DNA of 14,949 nucleotides from assembly GCA_043819795.1 (NCBI GenBank), contig JBDREN010000150.1, positions 1 through 14,949 on the forward strand, given 5' to 3'. The notes beneath the pieces are model-generated. The model saw only the letters and a program-made list of their open reading frames with translations. It made no database searches and was not told the DNA's origin. This document shows positions 1 through 6,995 of the stretch, piece after piece. Both the position numbers and the translations under genes were made by a program. The first letter of the stretch is position 1. Every line of letters begins with the position of its first letter. This DNA is from Elusimicrobiota bacterium (GTDB taxonomy: Bacteria; Elusimicrobiota; Elusimicrobia; UBA1565).

Positions 1-142
1 TCACTACGCCGAACGCGAAGCAACAACGCGCCTACGACCTTTTGGAGACCATCGCGGTGTAGACAGAACGGCGAAGTCGATTCTTGCGAAATCCTCTAAT
101 ATTATCAGGACATCTCTCGGAAATTGCCGGGGAACTTCAGCC
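1..142 (+). mobile_element. Right end of a probable IS1634-like (DDE) insertion sequence: transposase C-terminus (stop at 60-62) plus putative right terminus
   Basis: Frame 3 from base 3 reads TTPNAKQQRAYDLLETIAV* (TAG 60-62). This resembles the TTPxxxQxRAxDLL tail I recall from IS1634-family transposases. It is followed by an AT-richer spacer and GGGGAACTTCAG (129-140), similar to the GGAACTTCRG termini I recall for such elements. Only 19 codons are visible. Confidence 0.6.
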
Positions 143-152
143 TAAACACATC

Positions 153-226
153 GGGGTCAGGCGTTGACTTGTTAACTGACTCCGCGGAGGGATGTCCGCT
201 TAGTTGACAAGTCAACGCCTGACCCC
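153..226. repeat. Palindromic element A (REP/MITE-like long hairpin)
   Basis: Arms GGGGTCAGGCGTTGACTTGTTAACT (153-177) and AGTTGACAAGTCAACGCCTGACCCC (202-226) are complementary at 24/25 positions, with an inner GCGGA/TCCGC stem. Confidence 0.9.
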
Positions 227-228
227 AC

Positions 229-259
229 TTGCAATTTTCAGCGATTCCTGTTATATACT
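229..259 (+). promoter_or_regulatory. Putative sigma70-type promoter for the serine hydrolase gene
   Basis: TTGCAA (229-234) and TATACT (254-259) lie in an AT-rich patch upstream of ATG 295. The 19-bp spacer is long. Confidence 0.4.
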
Positions 260-294
260 CCCTGCGTAACGATTACGTTCCGCAACGAGACCGC

Positions 295-1512
295 ATGCGC
301 CGAGTCTTTAAGACTCTATTAACGCTGGCGGCTTTTTTTTGCGCCATCACGTCCGCGCGGGCAGCGGGGGCGCGCTACGACGTGTCCTATCTTTGGCACG
401 GCAAGCTGGCGAGCGTCGCCGCCTACCGGGGCAAGATCGGCCGCGTCCTAGGGCCCGAGGTGGCCGACAGGCTCAGGATCGTGCGCGGGCCCAAGAACTA
501 CGGTCTTATCTACCACCGGCGCGGAAACGGCGCGGGCGCGGCCAAGGTCGCGAAGGCGCACGCCAAACTATTGCGCAGCCGGGGACTCGAGGAGGCCTCC
601 GCCATCCGCTCGCGGGACTGGACCTTCGTCTCGGGGGACGGGCGGGAGCTGCGCCCCTCGGCGACCGAGACCGCCCAGGCCAGGCGCGACCGGGACGAGG
701 AGGTCCACGACCTCGAGACCGCGGTGGAGGCCTACATCAAGCGACTGCGCCACAAAGGGCGCGTGGCCTCCGATGAGCGCACGGCGTGGTCGGTCTACGA
801 CTTCACGACCGGCGAGAAGCTCGTGGACATCAACGAGGACCTGCAGCTCCAGGCCGCCAGCCTGGTCAAGCCCTTCTTCGCCCTGGCCTTCTTCCACGAG
901 GTCGAGCGGGGCGAGCTCATCTACGGGAGCAAGAGCCGCCGGCACATGGAGCGCATGATCCAGCGCTCCGACAACCGCTCCACCAACTGGATCATCCGGC
1001 ATGTGGGCGGCCCGAAGGCCATGCAGCGCATCCTCGCCGGGCACTACGGAAATATCTTCCGCGACGTCCGCATCGTGGAGTACGTTCCCGCGGGCGGGCG
1101 GACCTACCGCAATAAGGCCTCGGCGCGCGACTACAGCAGGTTCCTATACGCGCTATACAAGGGGCAGATCCCGAGGGCCGCCGAGATCAAGCGGCTGATG
1201 AGCCTGCCCAATCGCGACCGAATCTATACCGGGGCCAGCGAGGTGCCGAAGGGCACCAAGGTCTACGACAAGACGGGGAGCACCGCGCGGCTCTGCGGCG
1301 ACATGGGGATCCTCATCGTGCGGGGGGCCGACGGCGAGCGCTACCCGTACACCATCATCGGCGTGATCGAGAAGCGCCAGCCCGCGCGCGACTATCTCGC
1401 CTGGATCCAATCGCGCGGGGACGTCATCCGCGACGTTTCCAACATCGTCTACCAGGCCATCTCCCGCCGCCACGGGCTGAGCGCGGGCTCCGGCGTCGCC
1501 GCGACGCGATAG
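295..1512 (+). CDS. Exported SxxK serine hydrolase of class A beta-lactamase / PBP-like fold, with an extra N-terminal domain
   Basis: Signal peptide MRRVFKTLLTLAAFFCAITSARA. Catalytic motifs SLVK (859-870), SDN (967-975) and KTG (1270-1278). ATG 295 is preferred to the ORF-track TTG 229, which overlaps the promoter-like region. Confidence 0.85.
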   Translation: MRRVFKTLLTLAAFFCAITSARAAGARYDVSYLWHGKLASVAAYRGKIGRVLGPEVADRLRIVRGPKNYGLIYHRRGNGAGAAKVAKAHAKLLRSRGLEEASAIRSRDWTFVSGDGRELRPSATETAQARRDRDEEVHDLETAVEAYIKRLRHKGRVASDERTAWSVYDFTTGEKLVDINEDLQLQAASLVKPFFALAFFHEVERGELIYGSKSRRHMERMIQRSDNRSTNWIIRHVGGPKAMQRILAGHYGNIFRDVRIVEYVPAGGRTYRNKASARDYSRFLYALYKGQIPRAAEIKRLMSLPNRDRIYTGASEVPKGTKVYDKTGSTARLCGDMGILIVRGADGERYPYTIIGVIEKRQPARDYLAWIQSRGDVIRDVSNIVYQAISRRHGLSAGSGVAATR

Positions 1513-1518
1513 GGCAAA

Positions 1519-1632
1519 GCGTCAGGCATTGAGTCGTTTGAGTGATCCGGCGGTCCGACACGAGTTACTCAATCCCGGTGCCTGGCACCGGTTCCCGGTT
1601 CCTAGTTACTCAAACAACTCAATGCCTGACGC
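1519..1632. repeat. Palindromic element B
   Basis: Arms GCGTCAGGCATTGAGTCGTTTGAGTGA (1519-1545) and TTACTCAAACAACTCAATGCCTGACGC (1606-1632) are complementary at 25/27 positions. Internal palindromes GAGTTACTC (1562-1570) and CGGTGCCTGGCACCG (1576-1590). It sits between convergent genes and may also act as a terminator. Confidence 0.9.
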
Positions 1633-1647
1633 CGCTTGACGCCGCTT

Positions 1648-2169
1648 CTAAGATTGGGGCGGGGTGACCTCGACGATCTCGATGTCGAACTGGAGGGTCT
1701 TGCCCGCCAGGGGATGGTTGAGATCGATTACGATCTCGTCCTCCCGGACCTCACTCGCCACGGCCCGGAACGGCCCCGCGGGGCTCTCTCCGCCGACCAT
1801 GCTGCCCACCTCGAGCTCGCCGGAGTCCTGGAAGACGCTCTTGGGAACGGGCCGGATGGCCTCGGGATTGCGCGGGCCGTAGGCCTTCTCCGGGGCCACG
1901 GTCACCTGCTTCTTGTCGCCGGCCTTCATACCCGCGATCTGCTCGTCGAGGCCGGGAATGATCTCGCCCTGCCCCTTTGTGAAGCTCAATGGCTCGTCGC
2001 CCGAGTGGTCGACGATAGCGCCTTCCACCGTGAGGGTGTAGAGCATCTTGACTGCGGAGCCGTCCTGGATCATGTGCGAATCTCCTTGAGGCCTGCATGC
2101 GGAGACGGCGAACGCGACGGCGACAGCCGCCGAGCAGGCGAGAATGGCGCTTCCGTGTCTCGTTTCCAT
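1648..2169 (-). CDS. FKBP-type peptidyl-prolyl isomerase, SlyD/SlpA-like with insert-in-flap domain, carrying an N-terminal lipoprotein signal
   Basis: Motifs GQGEIIPGLDEQIAGM, VAPEKAYG and DLNHPLAGKTLQFDIEI. No His-rich SlyD tail. Hydrophobic N-terminus ends in lipobox VSAC (Cys25). Confidence 0.9.
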   Translation of the reverse strand: METRHGSAILACSAAVAVAFAVSACRPQGDSHMIQDGSAVKMLYTLTVEGAIVDHSGDEPLSFTKGQGEIIPGLDEQIAGMKAGDKKQVTVAPEKAYGPRNPEAIRPVPKSVFQDSGELEVGSMVGGESPAGPFRAVASEVREDEIVIDLNHPLAGKTLQFDIEIVEVTPPQS

Positions 2170-2397
2170 AGGGCACCTCGAGCCGGCGGACGCCCGCGGG
2201 CACGCCCCTGTTCACGAGAAATCCGCTTGTCCCTTCCGGGTACGGCTAACAGCCGGGAGCAGAAGGCGGGCCCGCGGTGGATGCGGTCGGGCGGCCGATA
2301 AATCCCCGCTTAAGAATCAGGCCCTCGGCCGCCCGGTGTCGCGCCCAATGTTAGCAGATTGACGGCCCCCGGGACACCCCGGCGGAAAGAGGAAAAA

Positions 2398-2490
2398 CGT
2401 CAGGCATTGAGGTCCTTGAGCTGTCCGGCAAGAGTCACTCAATCCCGGTGCCGGTTCCTGGTCACTCAAACAACTCAATGCTTGACGCCG
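2398..2490. repeat. Palindromic element C, a shorter and more degenerate copy of element B in the same orientation
   Basis: Shares CGTCAGGCATTGAG, GAGT(T/C)ACTCAATCCCGGTG and CCGGTTCCT(A/G)GT(T/C)ACTCAAACAACTCAATGC(C/T)TGACGCCG with element B. It directly abuts the stop codon of the EcsC-like gene (2491). Confidence 0.9.
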
Positions 2491-3219
2491 TCACAGGTCC
2501 TGGCCGTTGGTCTCTTTGAAGACCTGCTGCTGGGGCTCCGCCTCTCGCGGCTCTTCGGTCCGCCGCTTGGGCCGCGGCCTGGCCTTGCGGGCCGTCTTCT
2601 TCTTGCCGTGCCGGCGGCCCTCGCTCCCGAAGAACTTGATCGCGGTCCGGCCGACCTCGCCGGTGTCGTAGTAGGCGTAGGCGGCCACGCCGAGAGCCCC
2701 GACCACCGGAAGCCAGCGGGACACGGCTTGGCGCAGCACCCGCTGAGAGACCTTCGCTCCCACGGCCATGGCGATCTTCTGCATGGCCTCCATGGACGCT
2801 TTCTTGACGAGCATCCTCTGCCCTGAGCGGACCGCGATGTCGCGGACGGCCTGCCATGCGGCGTGATGGAAGAGGCAGTACATGTTGGTCTGGGGCGTGA
2901 GGCTGCCCCTCCTGCCGTAGGCGCCCGCGACGTCGGCCACGAGCTTGGCCTGGATCCGCCATACCGCGAACAGGTCCGGGAGGATCGTCACCACGCCGAC
3001 CGGCCCGGGAGGCAGCGACAAAGTGCCCGAGACGGCCGCGGCCCGGATGGCGGCCTTGGCGATGAGCTCCAGGGCCCGCGCACGGGGGTCCTTGGCCCGC
3101 CTCTCCGCGCTCTCGGGGACCTCGCTGACCGTCTTGATGAGCAGGTCCCCGATGCGGCGGGCGAGGTATCCGAACTCGCTCTCGCTCACGGCCTTCTTCG
3201 CGTCGATCGGTTCTTTCAT
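2491..3219 (-). CDS. EcsC-family protein
   Basis: Pattern SGTLSLPPGPVG..TILPDL...WRIQAKLVADVAGAYG and SRWLPVVGA.G.AAYAYYDT..VG..AI is typical of EcsC-like proteins. Basic low-complexity C-terminal tail. Confidence 0.75.
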   Translation of the reverse strand: MKEPIDAKKAVSESEFGYLARRIGDLLIKTVSEVPESAERRAKDPRARALELIAKAAIRAAAVSGTLSLPPGPVGVVTILPDLFAVWRIQAKLVADVAGAYGRRGSLTPQTNMYCLFHHAAWQAVRDIAVRSGQRMLVKKASMEAMQKIAMAVGAKVSQRVLRQAVSRWLPVVGALGVAAYAYYDTGEVGRTAIKFFGSEGRRHGKKKTARKARPRPKRRTEEPREAEPQQQVFKETNGQDL

Positions 3220-3440
3220 GGCGTTCGCCCCAAGGCGGCCCGGCGCCCGCCGATGACGGCCTCGGCGACGGGGCTCTCGTCGAGAGGCCTCTATGCAAGG
3301 GTGCCAGTTTATGGGCTGGCGGTCAAGCGCGCGCGGCCGTGCGGGCCCGATCCATCCAGAAGACCGGCGTCAGACAGGGAAACCACGGTGGCGGCGATCC
3401 GGGACCGCGCGGCCGGCCGTTTTCCGGAGGCCCGCGCCGT

Positions 3441-4994
3441 TCATGGGGAGCAGGGCTCGGTATCAATCGCCACCCTGACCGCCCGCAGGTCCCCGCAGTT
3501 CAACTGCACGGTGCTCCACATGGAGCCGGGTTCGGTGGAGGTCCTTCCCTCGACGTATATGTAGCCGTCTCCCGCCCGGTTGACGTCCACGGTGAAGCCG
3601 CCTCCCCACGCGAACGCGCATCCGGGCTTCAACGTGAGCCGCCATGTGCGGTCGGGGTGGAACGTCGAGTCGTAGAGGTACGCCCTCACCATGAAATCCT
3701 CGCCGGGCCCCAGGTCCCTCGGCGCTGGAATCTCTAGCTCGCTGGCCGCGCAGGCGCGGCCCGGGGAGGGGTTGGCCCGAGCGATGATCTCCGACCACTT
3801 GTTGGCGGACTGTCCGATGGGATGCGCCACCACGCTCGGCCATACCCGCTCCCATCCCTCCTTGACGCCTTTGCCCGTGCCGGGCGCAACGGCCTCGTCC
3901 CAGCCCGCCTTCGCTCCCTTGTCGGAGCCGGGCGCTGCCCCCCTGCGGCCGGGGGGCATCTCGTCGGCAGGGACGTGCTCGAAGGCGCCCATGTCGGCCA
4001 CCGCCTCCCCGTCGCGGTCGCCGTCGATGATCCTGGGGGTGCCGTCGGAATCGGTGTCCGGCAGGGCCGGAGCCTCGTTCGTGCCCGCGTCGATGCAGAG
4101 CGAGTCTTCCCGCAATCGGTAGTCGCCGCTCACCGGGTCCACGAACGACGGATCGGTCGAGATGTTCCCGGCGGTCCCAGTCAGGTCGTAAGGCGGGGCG
4201 TGATCGTCGAGGTATGGAGCCGGCGCCCAGACGTTATTGTACGTCATTGTCGCCGTCGAGCGGTAGAAGTGAATGCCCCCGGCGTAGGCGTCGATGATGT
4301 TGTTCGTTATGATGGAGTCGCAGTTGTAGTAGTGTGCGACGCCGTACTGGTTGCCGACGATCGTGTTGTTCGTGATCGTCGGGGCGGAGCCGTGCCAGGT
4401 CATGATGGCGGTCCATTCCTTGGTGATGATGTTGTTGACGATATCGGGCTGACAGCCGCTCCGGCTGTAGATGCCGTAGCCCCCGCTGCCGATGAGGACG
4501 TTGTTCTTGATAAGCGGCGAAGAATACGCCCAGTTGAAGACGACCTCGCCCCCCCAGGAGCTCTTGATCATCACGTTGCCGTCTATCGTGGGGGAGGCGT
4601 ACTTATTGAACACGACCACGCCGCTGTAGCCGCCAAAGGGGGAGACGAGCGTGAACCCCCTGACCGTGCTATCGTCGGCCCCCAGCACCACGTAATCGCG
4701 GTCATAGCCGCCCCAAGTGGGCGCCTTGGCCCCGCCGCCCGTGATCGTCGTGACCTCCGGGCCGGCCGCGCTCTCGACGGTCACGCCGGGCTTCAAGTCG
4801 ATGCTCTCCACGTAGTCGCCGGGCGCGACCAAGACGGTATCGCCGGACTGGGCGGCGTCGATCGCCGCCTGGATTGTCGCGTAATCGTCCGGAACGATGA
4901 GCGTGCCGGCGAAGGCCCCGCCGATTGGAGCATACAAGAGCGCCAGGATCAACGCCGTAGACGCGGCGGCTTCACGAATCGGAAATCTCGTCAT
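3441..4994 (-). CDS. Secreted right-handed beta-helix (pectin lyase-like) protein with a C-terminal extension
   Basis: RBS GGAGGAG precedes ATG 4994. Signal peptide, VPDDYATIQAAIDAA..GDTVLVAPG.Y cap, repeated P.I.NN.I coils and a DP.F....GDYRL...S.CIDAG...DMGAFE closing module, then about 170 aa of extension. Confidence 0.85.
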   Translation of the reverse strand: MTRFPIREAAASTALILALLYAPIGGAFAGTLIVPDDYATIQAAIDAAQSGDTVLVAPGDYVESIDLKPGVTVESAAGPEVTTITGGGAKAPTWGGYDRDYVVLGADDSTVRGFTLVSPFGGYSGVVVFNKYASPTIDGNVMIKSSWGGEVVFNWAYSSPLIKNNVLIGSGGYGIYSRSGCQPDIVNNIITKEWTAIMTWHGSAPTITNNTIVGNQYGVAHYYNCDSIITNNIIDAYAGGIHFYRSTATMTYNNVWAPAPYLDDHAPPYDLTGTAGNISTDPSFVDPVSGDYRLREDSLCIDAGTNEAPALPDTDSDGTPRIIDGDRDGEAVADMGAFEHVPADEMPPGRRGAAPGSDKGAKAGWDEAVAPGTGKGVKEGWERVWPSVVAHPIGQSANKWSEIIARANPSPGRACAASELEIPAPRDLGPGEDFMVRAYLYDSTFHPDRTWRLTLKPGCAFAWGGGFTVDVNRAGDGYIYVEGRTSTEPGSMWSTVQLNCGDLRAVRVAIDTEPCSP

Positions 4995-5030
4995 CTCTCC
5001 TCCAACCGTCCATGCGTTCCGCTCTTTATA

Positions 5031-5059
5031 AAGGTACCCCCAATACGTCGCCAAGTCAA
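5031..5059 (-). promoter_or_regulatory. Putative sigma70 promoter for the first beta-helix gene
   Basis: Minus strand TTGACT (5059-5054), 17 bp, TACCTT (5036-5031), ending about 36 bp upstream of ATG 4994. Confidence 0.55.
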
Positions 5060-5168
5060 GGGCAAGTCGCTGACAATCTTGCATGAAAAAGCGTTCAACC
5101 AGCGACATCTCTAATATTTGTCAGCCAGGAACGCGGCCCGCGAGGCCAAAACCCGCGCGGATCCTCTT

Positions 5169-5197
5169 TTGCGCTTCCGCGACCGGAGGGCTACAAT
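5169..5197 (+). promoter_or_regulatory. Putative sigma70 promoter for the repeat lipoprotein gene
   Basis: TTGCGC (5169-5174), 17 bp, TACAAT (5192-5197). Divergent from the promoter at 5031-5059. Confidence 0.55.
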
Positions 5198-5224
5198 AGA
5201 GGACGGCCGCCTTCAGGCCCGACT

Positions 5225-6928
5225 ATGCGTACGGCGATCCGAACGGCTTCGGCCGCTATCTTGCCGCTGGCTCTTCTCGCGTGCGGCTGCGCGAGCCCTA
5301 TGCTGCGGGGGACCCCGTTTTACTCCGGCGAGCGCAGACATTCGCCTGACCGGGTGAACCTCTGGCCGCTTCTCTACCACAACGAGTCGGACCTCTCCGT
5401 GCTCTGGCCGGTGCTCGAGAAGACCTCCGACCACGCCGCGTTCCGTCCGCTCTTCTCGGCCTATAAGCTAGATCTGCCGAGACATCAGTACAACGTGCTC
5501 TGGCCGTACGCCCGCTTCGACTTCGACGCGGAGCGCCATCGGGCCCTCCCGTTCTTCTGGGGCCGCGCGAATGAAAAACCGTACTTCGTAGCTTTCCCCG
5601 AGGTATGGTGGTTCCAGGACATCAAGGCCGTCCTGCCCGTGCTCTGGTGGGACGGGGGCTTCTCCGCCTTCCCCCTGGTCTGGCATCACAAGGACCGGAT
5701 GACGGCGGTCTTCCCGCTGTGGATGCGTTTCGGCCGCGGGACCGAGCGGAGCATCCACGCGCCTTGGCCGGTCTTCAACTTCAAGCGCGGCGAGCGCGAA
5801 GAGGGCTGGCGCGTCTGGCCGTTCTACGGCGACTACCGATCCAAGACGACGCGAAGCCGCTACACGTTCGCTCTGTGGCCGCTGCTTCACCGGTACTCGA
5901 AGGACGACAGGCTCTTCCGCGCGGCCTTGCCCCTCTACATCGAGGACAAGCGCGAAAACGGCGGCTGGCGGCTGGCGGCGCCGGTATTCTTCCGCAAGCG
6001 GGGAGAGGGAAGCTCGCTGACCCTCACGCCGCTCTGGTCATCCGGGCGGGACAGGAACACGCGCTGGGAGCTGTTTTTTCCCTTCTACTACCGCAAGACC
6101 GACCTGGACACGCGCGCCGGCACTCTGATCACCCCCCTGTTCGGGCGCCTCAAGTCGCCCGAAAGGAGCCGGTGGACGCTGTTCCCCCTCGCCAGCTCGC
6201 TCGCCTGGGGCGACACAGAGAAGGACCTCTGGGCCCTCGGAGGGATCGCCCGCGCCCGCTGGGGCGGCGAGCGGAAGCAGAACCACTTGCTTCCTATATA
6301 TTACTACGACCGCGAGAAGCGCACGCTCCTGACCCCGCTTTTCTCGTCAAAGCGGGGGACGTCCGGCTTCCGCAACTGGCTCATCGTGGGAGCGCACTAC
6401 GGCTTCGACGAGCATGGGACGACCCTGCGCATCCTGCCGCCCCTGACCGAGTTCACCCGCCGGGGCGAGCGCCGCGAGGCCGCGGTCCTCCCGCTCTTCG
6501 TCTGGTCCCGGAGCGGGCTCGTCCGCGACCTCCGGGTATTCCCCTGGATGCGCTTCCATTCCTCTCCGGGAAGACGCTCGTCGGCTTTCTTCCCGCTGTG
6601 GAGCTACGCGCGGCGGACGGATGGCGAAGGCTCGGAGCGCCGCTTCAGTATCCTGGGCTGGCTCTTCGAGGCGCGCGGCGAGAGCATCGGCGCGGAGAAA
6701 GCGAGCGCGCGCACCCGCGTGCTCTGGAAGGTCGTCGACTACCAGCGCACCGGCGGGGACCGGTCGCTCGACTGCGTCCCGTTCGTCTCGTGGGACAGGT
6801 GGGAGAACGGCGGCCGGAGGCTCTCGCTGTTCTGGCGGCTGTTCCGGAGCGAGCGCTCCCCGGACGGCAAGCGCGCGCTCGACATCCTGTTCATCCCCGT
6901 CCTCCGGCGACATCCTCATCCCAGATAA
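5225..6928 (+). CDS. Putative lipoprotein built from aromatic/proline (xxPLF/WP-type) repeats, function unknown
   Basis: Lipobox LLAC after a hydrophobic stretch. About 25-30 repeats such as LWPLLY, VWPFYG, FFPFYY, LTPLFS and FFPLWS at roughly 13-22 aa spacing. Confidence 0.8.
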   Translation: MRTAIRTASAAILPLALLACGCASPMLRGTPFYSGERRHSPDRVNLWPLLYHNESDLSVLWPVLEKTSDHAAFRPLFSAYKLDLPRHQYNVLWPYARFDFDAERHRALPFFWGRANEKPYFVAFPEVWWFQDIKAVLPVLWWDGGFSAFPLVWHHKDRMTAVFPLWMRFGRGTERSIHAPWPVFNFKRGEREEGWRVWPFYGDYRSKTTRSRYTFALWPLLHRYSKDDRLFRAALPLYIEDKRENGGWRLAAPVFFRKRGEGSSLTLTPLWSSGRDRNTRWELFFPFYYRKTDLDTRAGTLITPLFGRLKSPERSRWTLFPLASSLAWGDTEKDLWALGGIARARWGGERKQNHLLPIYYYDREKRTLLTPLFSSKRGTSGFRNWLIVGAHYGFDEHGTTLRILPPLTEFTRRGERREAAVLPLFVWSRSGLVRDLRVFPWMRFHSSPGRRSSAFFPLWSYARRTDGEGSERRFSILGWLFEARGESIGAEKASARTRVLWKVVDYQRTGGDRSLDCVPFVSWDRWENGGRRLSLFWRLFRSERSPDGKRALDILFIPVLRRHPHPR

Positions 6929-6960
6929 CTCAGTGGCGCAAGCGGCGCTGAGCACACCCC

Positions 6961-6989
6961 TTGACCGGAGGCCCGCGGTCGTTTATCCT
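6961..6989 (+). promoter_or_regulatory. Putative sigma70 promoter positioned for a leaderless transcript
   Basis: TTGACC (6961-6966), 17 bp, TATCCT (6984-6989). ATG at 6996 is 7 nt after the -10 box and has no Shine-Dalgarno sequence. Confidence 0.6.
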
Positions 6990-6995
6990 ACCCTC

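Noticed and set aside
186..196. GGAGGGATGTC in the loop of element A resembles GTAGGGATGTC of the terminal repeat
   Set aside because: A 10/11 match is too short to establish a relationship in GC-rich DNA, and the rest of the elements do not align.
295..1512. Bona fide class A beta-lactamase resistance gene
   Set aside because: Motif spacing is shortened and the ExxLN omega-loop motif is absent. More likely a PBP-like serine hydrolase.
153..2490. Integron attC sites
   Set aside because: No RYYYAAC...GTTRRRY core pairs at the element ends, the flanked genes are in mixed orientation, and no integrase is visible.
3293..3307. Sigma54 promoter (minus strand TGGCAC-CC-TTGCA) upstream of the EcsC-like gene
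   Set aside because: Only 2 nt separate TGGCAC and TTGC, whereas sigma54 needs 5.
6926..6952. tRNA-like fragment (TAACTCAGTGG...)
   Set aside because: No T-arm GTTCRA or acceptor stem. It is just an imperfect CTCAG/CTGAG hairpin after a stop codon.
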